Source of the DNA: Candidatus Norongarragalinales archaeon
GTDB lineage: Archaea; Micrarchaeota; Micrarchaeia; Norongarragalinales; Norongarragalinaceae
NCBI GenBank assembly: GCA_038884755.1
Contig: JAWABJ010000001.1
Location: 32,001-96,000, forward strand
Length of the DNA: 64,000 bases
Reading direction: 5' to 3'
The notes under the pieces are model-generated. The model searched no databases. It had not been told where the DNA came from and worked only from the letters and a program-made list of their open reading frames with translations. A program made the position numbers and the translations under genes. Each line of letters starts with the position of its first letter. Position 1 is the first letter of the stretch. This document shows, in pieces, positions 58,342 to 64,000 of the stretch.

Positions 58342-58355
58342 GCGTTTCCTGAGGA

Positions 58356-58787
58356 TTAAAAGTCGATTCGTTCGGTTTCGACGAGCTTGATTGTGTGGGG
58401 GGTGAAAACTCCCGCGTATCCCAGGATGATTCCTTCGCCTTCAGCGCCGTTGGGTAGGCTGACTTTGATTTTGCTTCCCACTTTCCCGTCTTGCAGAGCG
58501 ACTGCTGGAATCATGTCGTTGAGGAAAACGCTTTGGCTTCCCTGTTGGATTTGCCTTTGCACGAACGCGAAAACCCTGTCGCCTTTCCTTATTCCGCGCA
58601 GGGCGGGCTGTGCGAATCCCGCAAGCAATGAGACTCCCCAGCTTATGGCGATGAGCTTCCACGCTTCGTTGAAAATGCTTTGTTCGCCCAAATGCAGCGC
58701 CGCGTTGATGTATGCCGAAAGGCCGTAGGCTACCAGAGATAGTGCAGTAAGCACCATTGCAATTTTGAGGGAAAGCCCGACGTTCAT
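58356..58787 (-). CDS. Two-TM protein with small C-terminal beta domain
   Basis: IRKGDRV ... AVALQDGKVGSKIKV. Confidence 0.7.
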   Translation of the reverse strand: MNVGLSLKIAMVLTALSLVAYGLSAYINAALHLGEQSIFNEAWKLIAISWGVSLLAGFAQPALRGIRKGDRVFAFVQRQIQQGSQSVFLNDMIPAVALQDGKVGSKIKVSLPNGAEGEGIILGYAGVFTPHTIKLVETERIDF

Positions 58788-58793
58788 TTTTTT

Positions 58794-60989
<2,196 letters not shown>

Positions 60990-61120
60990 TTAAACTAAAA
61001 CCGTTGCCCTGGATTCGCACGATTAATAGGGCGTTTTTCGTTTTAAAACTTGGCTTGAACCGCGAAGGGCGAAACAAAAGGCTTTTTTTAATGGAACGGC
61101 AGAGTTTGTTGGGTATAACG

Positions 61121-62089
61121 ATGGCGAACGAGGAAGTAGTGGTTTTCATAGGGATTCTCGTGGTGATAGCGCTCATCGTGGGCGCGGTTTTCACTGCCCA
61201 GTTGCCTTTGCAGTTGGTTTTAGCGGCTTTTCTCGCCATCATAGCACTGGTCGCTTTCCACCCCAATGTTGTGGAGTTCAAGGAGTACGAGCGGGGAGTA
61301 ATGTTCCGCCTCGGAAAGTTCCGCAAGGTTGAAGGCCCGGGCTGGGTGGTCTACTTTTCCACCATAGACAGTTTCGTGAAAGTGGATTTGCGCACGCAAG
61401 TGCTGGACGTCGAGCCTCAGGAGGTGATCACGCAGGACAACGTGAAAATCACGATTGACGCGGTGATTTACTTCAGGATTGCCGACCCGCGCAAGAGCGT
61501 GGTGGAAATTCGCGATTTCCGCGGTGCGGTTTCCCATTTGCTGCGCGCGCAGCTGAGGACAGTAATAGGGCGGCTGCTTTTGGAAGAGGTTTTGGAAAAG
61601 ACTGAGGAAATCAACGTCCAGCTTTTCAACGTAGTCAAGGAAGTGGAGGACAAGTGGGGCATCGTGACTTCGCGCGTCGAGATTTCGAGCATCGAGTTGC
61701 CTGAGGGTTTGCTTTCAGCGATGCAGAAGCGTAGGGAAGCGGGAGAATACAAGGAGAAAATGGAGACTGAGGCGAGGGCGAAGCAGGTTTCGCTTGAAAT
61801 CATCGACAAGGCACTGCGTTCGATGAGCGACAGGACTATCGCGTACTTGTATTTGGACGTGCTGAAGCGCGTTGCGGAAGGAAAGAGCAACAAGATAATC
61901 TTCCCGCTGGAATTGTCGAGGTTGGCGAACTACATTTCCGAGAAAGCAGGGTGGAGTAGAGGGGAGAAGGGAGAGTTTGACGAGATTGCGAAAACCCTCC
62001 TTGCCGCGTACCACGAGCAGCAGAAGGAGACCATGAACAAGAAAATCGAAGCAGGAACTCCGGCGCAAAAGCAGCCGAAGAACAAGTGA
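61121..62089 (+). CDS. SPFH/stomatin-family protein
   Basis: EYERGVMFRLGK, VDLR, QEVITQDNV. Confidence 0.93.
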   Translation: MANEEVVVFIGILVVIALIVGAVFTAQLPLQLVLAAFLAIIALVAFHPNVVEFKEYERGVMFRLGKFRKVEGPGWVVYFSTIDSFVKVDLRTQVLDVEPQEVITQDNVKITIDAVIYFRIADPRKSVVEIRDFRGAVSHLLRAQLRTVIGRLLLEEVLEKTEEINVQLFNVVKEVEDKWGIVTSRVEISSIELPEGLLSAMQKRREAGEYKEKMETEARAKQVSLEIIDKALRSMSDRTIAYLYLDVLKRVAEGKSNKIIFPLELSRLANYISEKAGWSRGEKGEFDEIAKTLLAAYHEQQKETMNKKIEAGTPAQKQPKNK

Positions 62090-62127
62090 TTTTAAAACCA
62101 CTCCCGCCCTTTGTTTTTTCGGTAGGC

Positions 62128-62474
62128 ATGGAACTTAACGTGCAGTTGGTAGTGCTCGGCGTTTCGCTTGCACTGCAGTTTTTAGCAGTCTACTTTTCTT
62201 ACTCGATTTACCTTCGCCACAAGAATTATTTCCCTTGGCTGGCGAACACATCAAAAACAACGCGGCCGTGTCTTTCCGCAGGGTTTTCTCGCTGGTTTTT
62301 ACCGTCGACGCTTTTTCCGATTTGCATGAGGAGATAGACTTCGTGGATTTTGTGGTACTGCCGCTTGTGACGAGCGCGCTGCTCTTTTACGCGTTTTGGA
62401 GCATCAAGAGGGAGTTCGACTCCGCGGAAACTGCGGTTGAAAACAAGGTACGGCGCATAACACGCAGGCTTTAA
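62128..62474 (+). pseudogene. Small membrane protein gene split by a frameshift at an apparent micro-inversion
   Basis: N-half MELNVQ...FPWLA and C-half SFRRVF...RRL lie in different frames; the segment between reads TAALFLM on the opposite strand. Confidence 0.7.
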
Positions 62475-62480
62475 CGTTTT

Positions 62481-63326
62481 TTACCCGAGGGGGTAGGTTT
62501 CTATGAACGCGCCTATCGCGAGAAAAACTATTGCCCACGCGAGGAGTTTCGCGATGTCGTAGATTATCACCGGAAAAATTTGGCTTTTGTAGTCGCCGCG
62601 TATTATCGAAACGCTCAGGATGCCTCCTGCAAGCGCTGCAGCCAGGTACGAGAGCAGCTCGAAAATGCCGTGGGGCAGTATTCCGAGCAGTCCCAGGCTC
62701 ACGCCTGTAACCTGCCCTCCGAAAATTCCCGTCGCCCCGGTGCCCCCGTTCAATACGTATGCTTTGCTGAACTCCCCGAGGAAAACGCCTATGACCGACG
62801 CGTTCCAAATGAGTATGAACACCGCGCCGGCCCCGTATATGACCGAAAAGACGATTACGAAAAGCAAAACCTGCAAATTGTGCGTGAATATTTTTTCGAA
62901 AGCGTCGACGGTGCTTATCGCCTGCCCCAGCAGCACGCCCTGCACGTTCTTGAGCTCTTGCTTTTGCGTTTGGAAGAGCATTGCGCTGTTTTCCTGCGGG
63001 AGGACGAGATACCAAAACGCGAAGGACAACACCATGCCTAGGAAGAACGCGGCGAGAATCCTGAACGCAGAATAATGCCTGGCGAGCACGCTGCTGCCCC
63101 AGAACTTGCCTTTCTTTTCCTCTATCTCGACTTCGCACTGGAATATTTTGAGGAGGAACGGGATTGAAGGCAGGCCGATGAGGAAAAGGAACGCTGTTGG
63201 AGCCTGTTCGAGGCCTATCATGTGCACTCCGGCGACCGCTATCGAAACGAACGCGAACGACTGTAATAGTATTTCGGGGGTGCTAGGGTGGACGCACTTT
63301 TGCTCGAACCAAAATTCCAAGACCAT
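62481..63326 (-). CDS. SpoIIM/DUF95-family membrane protein
   Basis: IFTHNLQV, WNASVIG, LPHGIFEL, AFIE. Confidence 0.88.
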   Translation of the reverse strand: MVLEFWFEQKCVHPSTPEILLQSFAFVSIAVAGVHMIGLEQAPTAFLFLIGLPSIPFLLKIFQCEVEIEEKKGKFWGSSVLARHYSAFRILAAFFLGMVLSFAFWYLVLPQENSAMLFQTQKQELKNVQGVLLGQAISTVDAFEKIFTHNLQVLLFVIVFSVIYGAGAVFILIWNASVIGVFLGEFSKAYVLNGGTGATGIFGGQVTGVSLGLLGILPHGIFELLSYLAAALAGGILSVSIIRGDYKSQIFPVIIYDIAKLLAWAIVFLAIGAFIETYPLG

Positions 63327-63470
63327 TCCAAACTACCGATTTCCTTAACTGCATGCGTCTAAATAGCCTTTCGAAACAAACATTATTAAATGGAAACAAT
63401 TCAATTTTCTTTCTTTGGGTTTGTTTTTCCAAGCCGCTAGTCGCTTTTTTATCAGGCTGAATGGCGAAAG

Positions 63471-63800
63471 GTGTTTTTTTTGGGAGAGGACGAGACTGCT
63501 AGGGACGCTTACTTGCGCGGAAGGCTCGAGGGGCTGAACGAGCTCATAGGCGTTTTGAAGGAAGCCCTGTCCGGCGGCGAGGTCGGCGCTTTGGAAAAAA
63601 GCATGGTCGAGCACATTTCCGGCGAGCTCGAGGAGATAATCGACGAGCTTGAGGGCAGCGTTCCAGAGAGGCAGTTGCGGAAGGTTTCCGAGCAGCACGA
63701 GGAGTTTAAGAAGGCGGCTGAGGAAAGCAAGCCTTTGAACAAGGAGCACGTGAAAAAGGCGGACGAGCTCATGAAAAGCCTTTTGGAAATGAAGAAGTAG
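63471..63800 (+). CDS. Acidic helical hypothetical protein
   Basis: 109-aa ORF with typical codon usage. Confidence 0.7.
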   Translation: MFFLGEDETARDAYLRGRLEGLNELIGVLKEALSGGEVGALEKSMVEHISGELEEIIDELEGSVPERQLRKVSEQHEEFKKAAEESKPLNKEHVKKADELMKSLLEMKK

Positions 63801-63822
63801 GATACGAGCGTGTTTGGAATAT

Positions 63823-64000
63823 ATGGCTGAACTTATTTTTCCGGGGAAGGAGATTGCAGTTAGCGAGGAAGCGCAGGCTTCCGGCGGCACTGCGGACGAC
63901 AACGGAGTGATTTACGCCACCGTGGTGGGAAGCGCCAAGCTCGAGGGCGGGATAGCGTCCGTTTCCAATTCGAAAAGCCCGCGCTTGTTGAAGAGCGGGG
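63823..64000 (+). CDS. csl4: Exosome RNA-binding subunit Csl4, 5' part
   Basis: MAELIFPGKEIAVSEE...GVIYATVVG...LLKSG, open to the window end. Confidence 0.75.
   Translation, partial: MAELIFPGKEIAVSEEAQASGGTADDNGVIYATVVGSAKLEGGIASVSNSKSPRLLKSG

Overview
Archaeal chromosomal DNA, about 50% GC, most consistent with a DPANN lineage such as Ca. Micrarchaeota. This is inferred from gene content: pelota, RFC, LonB, AMP phosphorylase, ADP-dependent sugar kinase, DGGGP synthase, Cdc6, CDC48, Csl4, and the ftsZ-secE-spt5-rpl11-rpl1-rpl10-rpl12 cluster. Bases 1-12 kb are an accessory copper/thiol-redox island: DsbA, thioredoxins, CopA, CopZ, a CupA-like cupredoxin, a Met-rich HMA-membrane protein, a DUF411-like protein, CcdA and several Cys/His-motif unknowns. 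At its centre is a BlaI/MecI/CopY-family repressor paired with a BlaR1-like (M56/M48) membrane zinc peptidase that lacks a penicillin-binding sensor domain. Four copies of a TTTACA-N5-TGTAAA palindrome sit at the island's TATA-like promoters, so this looks like a protease-triggered copper/redox regulon in an archaeon and is the best candidate for an undescribed system. The same locus has three consecutive ORFs ending in GGC/GGCC (two ending ANAPxMVGGC and a 12-aa MYGKKKKKGGCC) and an uncalled 36-aa Cys-rich microprotein. The rest is mostly housekeeping. Notable extras are a secreted NlpC/P60 protein and an orphan interrupting the ribosomal-protein cluster, a 1009-aa pilin-signal/GH74-like propeller protein, a cluster of class III signal-peptide genes, a structured rpl1 leader, and a membrane gene broken by an apparent 22-bp micro-inversion. 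No tRNA, rRNA, CRISPR array or transposase was recognised. All calls come from reading motifs by eye; no searches were run.
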